From positions 372,001 through 436,000 of the forward strand of contig JAAOMT010000502.1 in NCBI GenBank assembly GCA_016748015.1: a DNA stretch of 64,000 nt, given 5' to 3'. The notes under the pieces were generated by a model, which was not told where the DNA came from, searched no databases, and worked only from the letters and a program-made list of their open reading frames with translations. Positions 51,601-63,520 of the stretch are shown here, piece after piece. The DNA is from Geosiphon pyriformis uo1. Its lineage: Eukaryota; Fungi; Glomeromycota. Position 1 is the stretch's first letter. Every line of letters starts with the position of its first letter. The position numbers were made by a program, and so were the translations under genes.

Positions 51601-52459
51601 GCGGTGACAATCATTTCTTTAAGTGTGTCCATGGGAATTTTTTTGATTACCACAGCCCAATCTGAATGCATTCCTTGTCTTTTGAAATCAGAGTTTACAA
51701 TGATGTTGTTATCTTTGGCCAATGAGGTGGCTTTTTCCATGCTTGCTTCAGAGGTGAAGGTAGATCTGATAATTCTTTCAAATTTTGAGGGGGTAGTGGC
51801 TCCCCCAAAACCATTGATTTCTGAAAATAATTTTCTTATGATCTGAGTTTTGGCCGTTGCCGATTTTCCTTCCACAGCCAAAAGATTGATGTCCAAAGTG
51901 AAAGATTTTTTCACAGCTACTTCTACCTGAGTTTTAATGATTTTGGGATCAATCCATGTCTTATCCAAAGAGAAAGACTTATGGAGGAGAAGAAAAACCT
52001 TTTCTTTCTCCTCCATGTTGTAATTAATAGAGCCGAGGGGGGAGCCAATAATCGCACTATTATTGAAACACTTGGCTTGGGGTGTATTCATTTTGGAATT
52101 AGATACTCCTTCACCTTCAGAAGTCTCCTCATCAGTATCCATATTATTAAACTGTCCAACCACTTAACCAGACCCACTACCTTTAAGAGTCACACCATTA
52201 TTTGAGAGCTTAGCACCACCGGAAGGTTTCTTGATCTTGTGACTTGAACTATTACCAACTGAACCAGAAGTTGGAACTCTGGTCGATCTTTTTTTAGCAC
52301 CAGTACCACTCATGGGAGCAGCCAGTTCAACAACAAAAGGATTTGGGTCTTGTAAAGTGTTGGAAGACAGTATGAAATAACAGAAAAAAAAACTTCTTTC
52401 AAAATATGACTCTTTTTCAGGAATTTGGAATGAAGGAGAGAAAGAAGATTTCCTAATAT
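45665..52459 (-). mobile_element. Full-length (~6.8 kb) non-LTR retrotransposon (LINE): ORF1 gag-like with CCHC; ORF2 APE-RT-RNase H-Cys motif; inactivated
   Basis: ORF1 CKQCGKHGHSVLKC; APE ATCNVKG/GGDFN/IDYIF; RT AFVDNTI (decayed xVDD); RNase H VYTDGS/TDSQ/KVKGHS; terminal CLMC..C. A-rich (TAAAA)n tail and 9-bp TSD AGCATAATT at 45656-45664 and 52460-52468. Many stops and frameshifts. Confidence 0.95.
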
Positions 52460-53188
52460 AGCATAATTATGTGATATAATCAATGTTTGTCTAATTTTGT
52501 GAAAAATAATTTATCTGTTTTCTTTGGTTTTTTTGATTTTTTTTAAAAAAAAATTAAAAAAAAATTTTATAAAAACATTGAATACAAAAATTTAAATAAT
52601 TAATATAAAATACTTTTACAAAATAACAAATAAAATAAGTTAATTACAAAAAAATTAAGTTGAAAAATAATAAATAGTTATTTATTTCAATAAATTAGTT
52701 TTCACCAAAAAATTTCTTGATAACTTTTTAACAATCTTTAAAACCAAATCAAATTTGGATGACGAAAGCTTTTCCTTTCACAATCCTCACTCTATAAAAT
52801 TTCTAATATTTCATTAATCCCTATATCAACATATCCCAATTTTTTGCAGAAACTTTCCTATTAATAGTTGTTATAATTTGAAAGGGAAATTTGAGAAAGT
52901 TTTCGCTAAATTTTTGCAACCACAAATGAGGAAAACAACAAGGTCAATATTAATTAGGATGGATTAATAAATCCTGATTTAATTAATAACGATCAACTTT
53001 TGAAAGTCCTACACCTATGCTTGAAAACTCATCCAACGCCCAAGTTTCCAGTAAATGAAAAACCTCTTTGTCCATTCCTCTATCGGTCATATTTTTCCCC
53101 CATCAGCTGGTATGGATGAGTTTTTCTTTTTTTAAGAAAAAGCAAAAGGGATATTAAAAATTATCTATTTGGTTCATCAAAGGAAGAA

Positions 53189-53497
53189 ATGTCACCTGAG
53201 CAAAACTGCGAAACGACAGCGTTACCGTCAACTCATCCTGATAAATCAATCTATTCTGCTCCTCATCTCCTTCAACCAATGCAAACCACATTGAAACACA
53301 CGAATTTAAATGAAATTTACGCAATCAATCTTATGTGGTTAGATACCATCTCAAACAGCTCAGATATTGCTCCAATCTCGATGTCTAATCAAATTCAAAA
53401 TAAAGGAGTTTCTCAACAAATTCAACATCTTTTATCGCATTGTCAATCGCAATTCATGTATAATCCACAAGTCTTAAGTTCAAACGAGGGAGAATGA
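53189..53497 (+). CDS. Hypothetical 102-aa ORF
   Basis: ATG-initiated and less AT-rich than its flanks; no motif recognised. Confidence 0.25.
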   Translation: MSPEQNCETTALPSTHPDKSIYSAPHLLQPMQTTLKHTNLNEIYAINLMWLDTISNSSDIAPISMSNQIQNKGVSQQIQHLLSHCQSQFMYNPQVLSSNEGE

Positions 53498-54699
53498 GAG
53501 ATTCCCGGTGGATTTAAAGAAGAGAGAAAATTTTCTTCTTTAATTAGGTAGATTCAAAAGCTATTACATACGCTTATATCAATAGTGCTGGGTAAAAATC
53601 AGATGTTTAAAATTCATCGTATTTAACTTTTAATTTATCAAGTGAAAATATATAATAGTTTTAAAGGAAGTTCCAATGAGCGCCTAATAGGTATTTTTTA
53701 TGTCCATAAGGATAGGTAGTGTATAACTAATTTATTAAAAAATAAGATTGTCGATGGAATACAAAAATTGAGTTTGAGCTCGGCTCAGAAAACGCTTATA
53801 ATGGAGGGCTTAAAATATTTGTTTCTTCAGAAAGCTTTCATCTCATTTTTTTTGATAATTACCAAATTATTTTTTAATTTCCATATAATGCCTGGAAAAG
53901 AGATTTTCCATCCCATTCTCTCATTATTTGTCCAATGATAATGAGGACACAATCCTCTTACGTTCAGTTCTAGCATATATGGACCAAATAGGCGAGTACT
54001 ATATATTACTTTTTGTCAAAAAAACTAAGTCTCAATTTTTGAGAAATTTTAATAGGTGACAAATCATGGAATCTGATTTTTTTATAATCAGAGTCACGAA
54101 TATTAAAATATCCATATACGAAGTTTATTAGTTAGATTAAAGCGAACTTCATTAAACCGAAAAATTGACGATACTTATTTAATATCTTAAAAATTCTCTT
54201 TTAACTTATTGATTAAACTCATTCATTGTAACAATAATGAACAATATCTTACATGGTCGAGATTGACTAGGACTTTACGAGGTTAGATTAAGTCAAAGAA
54301 CAAACAATAAAACATCAAACTCAGCTGAATTATTATTTTTAGGTGAGCAAAGAATACTATTTATAATAAATTAATAAAAATATATATATATGTTAATAGA
54401 TTGAAATAAATTTAATAAACTTTATAACTAATATATAATATAAACTTTGTAATATATGTCATGAAAAGATCAACTAACTAATAAAATTAAATTATCAATA
54501 GTCGTAGTCGTTGTCTAAAGTAAAATAAAAAGTATTATTGATCAATTGCTCATACTGTAATTATATTCTCAATTTTTTTCAACTTCTTACTTTCAGGTAA
54601 ATTGAAAAAGTTTTTTTAAAAAGTAAAGGAAATTAAATATAATACTGTATAATAATTAAAATCAAAGAATCAATGAACATATAAAAATAGATAAACTAA

Positions 54700-56016
54700 C
54701 CTTCAGAAAATTCATTCATTTTCAAAGTTAAAAGACGACTTGTATAAAATATTTTTTTGATGAATTGTTGTTGTTGTTGTCGTTGTTGAGTAATTTTTTG
54801 TCGCGTTGTTCTTCGACATTTCTTTTATATAGTTTTCTGATTCTAAAAACTGGGAACACATAATTTTAGAAACTTCATCATCCTCATACAAACCCATAAG
54901 CTCATACATTTCCTCAATTTCCTACAACTTATCCTTAACTTCTTCCGCAGTAGGACGATTTTCAGGATTAACATCCCAACACTTTACAATAATTTTAGCA
55001 ATTGAAGGTGGAATAAGTGGGGAGATAATTTCAGGTTTAATACCCTTAGAAACAATATTTAATATGAGAGTATTATCATGAGGACGGTCACGCAAAGGAG
55101 GCCTTCCGGTTGATAATTCCCATAATAACATGGCAAAACTATAAATGTCTCCAGCCGTTGTAAACTTTTCTCCTCTTATAACTTCTGGTGGAATGTATGA
55201 ATCCAGTCCAAATATTCCTTTTTTCTCCTCTGTTGTTGTTGCTTTATGGACATAATCCGAGGTCTCCAATTTTTACGTCATAAGAGCTTAATTAAAGGAT
55301 GTTGCCCGAGTGTAGGTCATGATGAACCATACCAGAAGAATGAATTGAATTAAGTCCTTCAGCTATATTTAATGCATGTCTCCATTTTCAGCAAACTCCA
55401 TCACAATTCCATACTCGAATATTTAACTATAAATATAATGTAGAAAATTAAATAGATAATGTATAGTAAATAAATAATAGGTAAATATGAATTAAACATA
55501 AATATAAATATAAATATAAATAATCATACTTTGTTTACCTCTTTAAACAGTTCTGAACTGTTCCTTTTTATAATTTTATTGCAATTTCATCAATCTTTTT
55601 TATAAAGGTATCAGTTCTTCCTCTTTTATATTTCATTTCACCATTACTCTTATACTATATGGATTAATTAATCCATCAATTTGGGTTGCTTCATAAATTA
55701 TACCGAATCCTCCTCTACCAATTTCCTTGATATTCGACAAACGCTCCCATGGAATCCATTCATAATAATTAATTCTACCATTACACATGCTACTATTATA
55801 ATCTTAATTATTAGGTGGAATATAAATTGGATTCTTAATTATTTCATCGACTACTTTATTGCCACTTGAAAAGTTGTGGTAAAGTTTTTCAAAAAAAATA
55901 AACTGGCATGCAGCGCAGTAATTCACCCAATTTCTTAGAGTAATGTTTTGACACGATTTACATTCGTTGCAATCATGTGTTTCTGGACGAGTTCCTTTAA
56001 TTTCTTTGTTTTCCAT
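54700..56016 (-). pseudogene. Protein kinase (TKL-type) pseudogene, inverted duplicate of 57728-59362
   Basis: Near-identical subdomain VIII-XI sequence (YIPPEVIRGEKFT..GDIYSFAMLLWEL). Frameshifts, HRD->HHD, internal deletions and in-frame stops. Confidence 0.92.
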
Positions 56017-57054
56017 GATGTGGATAAGGGCGGATAAGTACGAATAAGTACGGATAAAGTGCGAATAGGTTATTATGAGAATGTTGAAAAAATGGAGGTT
56101 TTCTTTAAAAAGCTTTATTATATAGTACGATCAAAGGTAATTTTTAAAGGGGAAGTTCATATTTATATTTTTTCTCTATCTTCCTTAATCTTAAAAATGT
56201 CTATTCATTAAACTATTATTCGCTGGAAATAGGTTTTATATATAGAGTAGTAGTACACAAAAACGTCAAACAAATTTCACATGGCGTAATTGTATTTTTT
56301 GCCTAAACGATTTTTTCAATTTCTTTATAGAACAACAATAATAACAATAACAACAACAAGGCATGAGAAATTTAAAATTTAAATGTGATTCTATGCGTAA
56401 AATAAGTTAATTTAATTTACTTAATTGCTGAAAACCATTTCATAATTTTAGAAATTTTAAATTGATCAGGCGTTATGATTCTATTGATCAAAAAATTTAA
56501 ACCATTTTAACATATTAAATTCAAACCTGTTTTCTATCAAGCAGAAGTTTAGTAATGGATGTGTATTATTGATCAAAAAAAATATTTACTAATCCTGCTA
56601 TTAATCATTTTAATCATTACACTACCATTTGATAAATTAATTTGACGTTTCAGTAAAAAATTTTATATATGTAAGAAGCTCTTGTTTTTACTTTTATCTT
56701 AAGAAATATATTGGAACATAATCTTAAAAAATTTTGAAGTTTCATAAAAATATTATATTATATATAATTAAACTTTACTCAGAAATTTTTAGATAATATA
56801 ATTTGTTTTAAAATATATTATGATGGTTGAATTTTTTTATTTTAAAAATAAAATAAATTTCAATATTATTTATTACTTTAACCAAAAAATTTAATTAACT
56901 TTGAGTATTTTTAAAATTACAAATACTTTTGAATTTTATAAATCAAAAAATTTTAAAATTTATTATTAATTTTTTTTTTGAAATGATAAATATAAACAAA
57001 ATTTTATATTAACAAAAATATTATTAAACTGATTTTTTATAATGAAAAATTTCA

Positions 57055-57135
57055 ATTTTTTTCTTGTTTACACGGTGTAATCCAACAACTAACTATTTTC
57101 GTACACGTGATCAGCTACTTTCGTATAAGAGTGAT
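57055..57135 (-). repeat. Short LINE 3'-end fragment
   Basis: ttcttgtttacacggtgtaatccaacaactaacta resembles ttttgtttaacgagtgcagtccaaccactaccta at the 3' end of the full LINE and is preceded by a T-run (A-tail). Confidence 0.5.
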
Positions 57136-57727
57136 TACTTTGACTTTTTGTCTTTTCTAACATTAATTAAGGTTTAACTCTAATCATTGTCTTGGATTAA
57201 AAATATAAAGAATATCGTTACTCTATGTAATCTCAGTAGAGATTTAACTGATGTTTTCCTCAATGGAAGATTCGAATGAAATATGATTATAATTAATTTC
57301 AATAAGGGAATATTAAATTCGAGAGGGGAGGGGCTAAAAGCTAATTAAAGTTAGAGAATTAGATTTTATCAATCTAAGATTTCTAATAATTGAATTATAG
57401 TTAGTTAGTCTATATGCAATACCAAATGCAATTTACAATTTATGGAAACTCTGAGCAAAAAATATATTTAGGCTGATTCCATACAGATTTCCTTCCTTTA
57501 ATAGTAATTCTCATGCTAAGCTTATTTGAAAGTGTTGGGATCTCAATCCTATAATAGTATGATTGATTTGTAGCGAAGACTATGCAAACATAGAGAAAAA
57601 AATAACATAAAGAAGAACTCGCCTTTAGACAAATTACTTTTTAAACCTACTATCAAATAAACCCTTTAAAGAAACCCTCAAGAATAATAACTTATTCACA
57701 TTTTATCATTTGTCCTTTATTCACACC

Positions 57728-59362
57728 ATGGAAAATAAAGAAATTAAAACAACTCGTCCATATGCTCATGATTGCAATGAATGTGAAGAATGTCAAGAGA
57801 GTATTCTAAATAATCAAGAGAATTTGTGTAGAGCATGCTGGTTCTTATTTTATGAAAAATTTTATAAGAACTTTTCAAGCGGCAATGAAGAAGTTGATGA
57901 AATAATCAAGAATCCAATCTATATTCCACCTAATAATGAAGATCGTGAATTTTGGAGTGGTGATTTGAATCACTATCAATGGATTCCATGGGAACTTTTG
58001 TCGGATGTCAACGAAATTGCTAGAGGAGGGTTCGGTATAATTTATAAAGCAACCCTAATAGATGGATTAATTGATCCCACTACTACAAAACATCATGGTT
58101 CAATAGAATATCAGAGAGCTGAATATACCAAAGGGGCGGACGTAGCAATAAAAATTATATCAACGAACAGTTCAGAAGTGTTCAAAGAGGTAAAAAAAAC
58201 TATTATTATTTATATTTATATTTATATTTAATTCATATTTACCTATTAATTATTTAATTCTTTACTGTATATATTATTATCATTTATTTACCTTTTTACA
58301 CTATGTTGATAGTTAAATATTCAAAGAGCTATGTCTATTAAGCTTCAGTCCTTAAAATGTATCGCTAAAATATGGGGGATTACGCAAAACCCTGAAACAC
58401 TCGAGTATGGAATTGTGATGGAGTTTGCCGAACATGGAGACTTGCGAAAGTATATATCAAAAAATTTTGATTCTGCGAGTTGGTTTGAAAAATTAAGGAC
58501 CGCGATTGATATCGCTGAAGGACTTGTTGCAATTCATTCGTCTGGTTTGGTTCATCGTGACCTACACTCGGGCAACATCCTACAAGTAAATGATTCTGGT
58601 GTATCAATTGGAGACCTCGGATTATGTCAACCAATAAACAATGGAGCAACAACAACAGAGAAGAAAGAAATATTTGGAGTGATTCCATACATTCCACCAG
58701 AAGTTATAAGAGGAGAAAAGTTTACTTCGGCTGGTGATATATATAGTTTTGCAATGTTATTATGGGAATTGGCAATAGGAAGGCCTCCTTTTCATGACCG
58801 TCCTCATGATAATACTCTCATATTGAATATTGTTTCTAAGGGTATTAGACCTGAAATTATCTCCCCACTTATTCCACCTTCAATTGCTAAAATTATTGTA
58901 AAGTGTTGGGATATTAATCCTGAAAATCGTCCTACTGCGGAAGAAGTTAAACTGAAGTTGGAAAAACTTGATTATGCATTTATACGGTTTACAGATGAAT
59001 CGTCAATGATAGAAGACCTTATGGATGAAGAGTATATAGATGAGGAGTTTAAATATGAAGAGGCAATAACTGTGAATCGCCAGTTTTTAGAATCAGAAAA
59101 CTATATAAAAGAAATGTTGAAGAACGACGCGACAACAAATGTTCATTCAGGAGCATTTTATACAAGTCGTCTTTTAACTTCGCAAACGGATGAATTTTCT
59201 GACGGTTAGTTTATCTATTTTTATATTTATTGATTTGATGATTTAATTATTATTATACAGTATATTAAAATTTTACATTTAATTTCCTTTACTTTTTAAA
59301 AAGACTTTTTCAATTTACCTGATGGTAAGAATTTGAACAAAATTGAGAATATGTGTAATTGA
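57728..59362 (+). CDS. Tyrosine-kinase-like protein kinase with N-terminal Cys cluster; exons 57728-58189, 58313-59204, probable last exon 59304-59362 (unspliced stop at 59209)
   Basis: ARGGFGIIY, VAIK, alphaC Glu, HRDLHSGN, GDLG, YIPPE, DIYSF and CWD..PENRP are all intact. N-terminal CNECEEC..CRAC. Confidence 0.92.
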
Positions 59363-59679
59363 TCAATAATAACACTTTTTTATTTTACCATCTATTAGAT
59401 TTAGACATAAGTTTAGACGACGACTTCGACTATTGATAATTTAATTTTAATCTTTTCATAACTGACATATATCCTAGGTAAGCTTTATTATATTACAAAT
59501 TTTTTACGATATTAGTTATAAAGTTTATTAAATTTATTTATTATATATATAATTTTATTAATATTAACTTATTATATAATATTATTTTTTATCACCTAAA
59601 ATAATCAATATTTTATCATTTGCTCGTTCAACCTCATAAATTCCTAGTCAATCTCGATCATATAAGATATTGCTCACAA

Positions 59680-59830
59680 TGAAACATACCGAAGCAATTT
59701 CCATTTATGTTTTTTGAACGTTCCCATGAAATCCATTCATAATTATTCAGACTAGCATAATAATAATTTTTAGTAGGTATGAGTAATAGATTAGATTGTT
59801 AATTATTTTATTAACCACTTTATTGTGCAT
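59680..59830 (-). pseudogene. Third, short remnant of the same kinase family (exon 1 fragment)
   Basis: The reverse strand reads YEWISWER..NIN, matching YQWIPWE of the intact copy, plus a KVVNKIINNLIY segment matching KVVDEIIKNPIY. Confidence 0.65.
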
Positions 59831-62226
59831 AAACTGATTTTGATCCAACTTTTTAATTCAAACTTTTAAAAAATAAGTATTTCTTTTAAAACACTTAAAT
59901 AGCTATTAATTATAATAATTTCATTTATTATTAAAAAAAATTAATATATGCATAAATAATTTTTTTTTCTCAACTTTAAAAAAAGAAAATTCAGGCTCAC
60001 TTTCAACATTTAACATAAATTATTTCATAATAATGGGTATTGAAATAATGGTGCAAAACAATTTGAGTACTACATGTCGATAAATACAAGAATGTCATAG
60101 AAAACTGGACGAAAAGAATCAACGAATAAACTTCAATTGATAGAATCAAAGATTAAGTTTAGCATCTGAGCAGGACGAATCGAAAAACCCAACCAAATAA
60201 AAAAGAAATATGAAATAATTTTGCTGAATTACAAATACAAAAATATGAATAAACGTTATTTTTTGACGAAAATATAATTCGATAAAAAGAAACGAATAAA
60301 CGAACAGAACAGAATTTTAAAGTAGAAGAAATGAATCTATTTTAAATTTTAGAATCCGAATTTTTTTAAAAATCAGTTTTCTCACTAAATCAATTTGTGT
60401 TATAAACGAATCCATTTTGACCTACTAACAAAATCTATTCTTTTATTGAGCTTATTTCTAAATTTCTTCACAAGAATTCTCAGTTTCTGAATATTCTTAT
60501 TTCTTTGCCAAAATTTCCAACACTTGTTGAAAGAATTCATTGAAGATAATCTACAAAACTAAAGAATTAAAATAAATAACAAAATACCAAAAAAGAAAAT
60601 TTTAAAGTGTTCAAAAATGTCCATTTTTTTTAGCAGAAATATAAGTTTTCTTATAATCATAAAATAACATGTTTCAAAAGTGATTTTTGAATTTAAAAAA
60701 TTTATCATCCAACAAGGGTCTAAATTTTTACAAATAATGACTTATTATGACAACATGAATTTTCCTATCAGCGAAAATATTATTTAATGAAAAGGACAAA
60801 TGTGTTTTCCAGCACAGCCTTTGTAAATTAAGAGAAAATTTTCATAAACTACTTTGAATTTTTATTCCCGGCAACCGACCATCAGCTTCACAGCTTCAAG
60901 ACAGGTTTTTAGGAATTCAAGAAATCTTGATAGTGTGGCTTCCTCTAAATTTGTAGAATTGGCTTGGAATTTTCAGGTTTTATCGAAAAATTAATTTTGA
61001 GCTAACGCCAATTTTGAGACGTATATCCTATTTACTATATTTCACAGGATTATCAAGTTTTTTAAAAGACTGAAGGTTTCATTTATTTTTTATCCCTTGT
61101 TGAAAGTTTAATTTTCAATTTTTTTGTCGGGATCAAGGGCCTGATCCATCAAGAAACACTTAACTTTCTTAAGTTTGAGGAAAACTATATCAAAGTGTTA
61201 TTCAAATCAAAAATCCAGTAAAGGCATCAAAATCTCGTCCAAATCTAGAAAAGATAACAAATCATTCAATACTCCCATTTACAAAATAAAATTTTCATTT
61301 GAAGATTTAATTTTCTGTTTATAAAACTTTGAAAATTTCCCACTTTCCTGTAAAAGTTAAAAAAATCGAAATGGCTTACCCTTTCATGTAACCATATTTT
61401 CATCATTTACGCCTGTGAAAAACTTGAATTTTATAGGCGTTCCATTTCCTCAAATGAACCCCCCTGAATAAAACTTGTATATACAAACAATGACAAAAGT
61501 TTTTCAATGATTATTTTGAAGGTTAATCCTGAAATTTTCGTCACATGGTGTAAGAGTTGAAGTTTAGACTCATTATTTTAGGAAAAAATTTTTTGTTTCG
61601 AGATTTTCACCGGGATCTCACTTTTTTCAGTGAATATTGTAATTTTCGGTATTATCCATATCATGTATTCTAATTATTTCAAGGATAGCTTTAAATTTGA
61701 AAATCTAACTTTTCTTAGACAATTACGGCTAATAAACCAAACGTGGATACATAAATTAACATACGTAAAGGTTTTTTTCAAACACACTTATTCACCATGT
61801 TTAGTCTGTTGTTTCAAGAGAAACTCTGCTTAAGAAATATGTTTCAACTGAAACCACTTACATTATGAAAAAAAAGATACGTAAAATTGGCCTTATTTAA
61901 ATGCGGCAAAGTTTAGAGATATTGCCCGGAATTAGGTCTCAAAGAATCGGCAATCTAGTAAAAACTAGTCAATCTTCGTTAATAATCAGTCTTAATATGT
62001 GATGCATGGTAATTCGAACTTTTCCCGGAACAGATGGCCATAGATGATGAATAATGACTTTTTAATAAAACTGGTAATTCAGGTCAAATTTGTCCCGTAA
62101 AAAACGAAACACAATGTTACACCAGGTCTAATATATGAATAAGCCTCAAACTCTTTCATTAAAAGAACTCATTATCACTTAGTTAAAGACATCTTATTTA
62201 ATTTTTAAACTGAGACAATAAGAGCG

Positions 62227-63120
62227 ATGAATCCTATATTATTTTTTCTTGGACTTTTACACTTATTAAAAATTAGTTTTTTGATTCATACCGATGCTGC
62301 GGTTATATTAGGAACAGGTGGAGGAAAATCCTATATGATATCTTTTTTTTGTAAAGAAAATTGGTCGAAAAAAATACAGCTGATATCGTATACTTCGTCG
62401 AGTAGAGCAAGCCAACCAAGAGTTTATAAATCAAATTCTTTTAGTGGTACAGATTCAAAGTTTAGCGTTTATGAAAAATCTTCAGACGCTCTTTACATAC
62501 CAACTTATTCAACTTCACCAAAAAGAAAACGAGATTGTGGATCATGTTCGGGATCCAATGAAATTTGTCAAGTGAATGGGCTATGTACAAAAAGATCATC
62601 TTTAACACCACTTGTTTCAAATACTTGTCAAAACGGCTCCGGGTGTACGGATGGCACCATTTGTGAAAGCTTGACAAATACTTGCCAATCGCCCCAGACT
62701 CCCGAAAAAAAGAAACAATCAACCAGCGTAATAGTTTGGATTTTTTTAGGATTTTTTGGTCTCACTTTATTGAGTATTTGCGCGTGGCGTATAAGAAGAT
62801 GTATCCAAAGAGCAAATGAAATTCAAGAGATTGATCCAGAAAATCCACGAATACAAATTGTAGGTAGACAAAGAGCCCAAACTGGCCAATCATATCAATC
62901 GACCTTACCACCCTATTCGGCCGGGTCGTTACCTGAATATACGGCCGAGAACCCAGATGACCAATCCCGATTGTCAGGAATTGATGAAGATACGGAAGTA
63001 GAATCAGAGCCACCAAGTTATGAGCGAAGCGTCGGGGAGTTATCGAATCTTAGCTGTCAGGAAAATGAATCTAATCGGGATTCAAATAGCCCAATGATTT
63101 CTAGAGTTGATACAACTTGA
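62227..63120 (+). CDS. Type I membrane protein: signal peptide, Ser-rich region, two 4-Cys modules with dibasic sites, TM helix, cytosolic tail with three PY motifs
   Basis: Hydrophobic N-terminus; KRKR-DCGSCSGSNEICQVNGLCT-KR; CQNGSGCTDGTICESLTNTC; TM VIVWIFLGFFGLTLLSICAW followed by RIRR; LPPY, LPEY, PPSY. Many differences versus its pseudogene are synonymous in this frame. Confidence 0.85.
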   Translation: MNPILFFLGLLHLLKISFLIHTDAAVILGTGGGKSYMISFFCKENWSKKIQLISYTSSSRASQPRVYKSNSFSGTDSKFSVYEKSSDALYIPTYSTSPKRKRDCGSCSGSNEICQVNGLCTKRSSLTPLVSNTCQNGSGCTDGTICESLTNTCQSPQTPEKKKQSTSVIVWIFLGFFGLTLLSICAWRIRRCIQRANEIQEIDPENPRIQIVGRQRAQTGQSYQSTLPPYSAGSLPEYTAENPDDQSRLSGIDEDTEVESEPPSYERSVGELSNLSCQENESNRDSNSPMISRVDTT

Positions 63121-63467
63121 TTTTTAAAAAAGACTGAGGGAATTTAATGGAACATTTATTTTCAAAAATTTCTATTATATTTAAATATTATTAGAAGACA
63201 CTTTTCACACTAAACCTAGTTATTGAACAATGGTGCCTAGTCTAGTTGGTTAAAAATATTAATGTATTTTTTGTTCAAATGAAATTCCCCATTTTTCTCT
63301 TATTATTATAAAAATTTTAACCATCTGTCGAAGAATCTATGTTAATTTCTGTTTTAATTTGAATCCCATGTAAAAATTTATTTCTTATACTTGGATTTTT
63401 TAAAAGTATAATAAAATAATACAGTCCGAAAAAGAAATTATCCTACTTGGTAGACAAAATGCACCAA

Positions 63468-63520
63468 AACAGTAAACAAATAGTAAATAACAGTAAATAA
63501 CAGTAAATAACAGTGAAACA
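63468..63520. repeat. 10-bp minisatellite (CAGTAAATAA), ~4-5 units
   Basis: Direct reading. Confidence 0.85.

Noticed and set aside
46627-52205. Multiple + strand ORFs within the LINE, and antisense ORFs within the HK, Tc1 and kinase genes
   Set aside because: They are shadow frames of opposite-strand coding sequence and contain no independent motifs.
62302-62379. Possible in-frame intron in the 62 kb gene
   Set aside because: Differences from the pseudogene copy in this segment are mostly synonymous in the ORF frame, indicating coding sequence.
63468-63520. Short direct repeats as a CRISPR-like array
   Set aside because: They are head-to-tail 10-mers without spacers, in a eukaryotic context.
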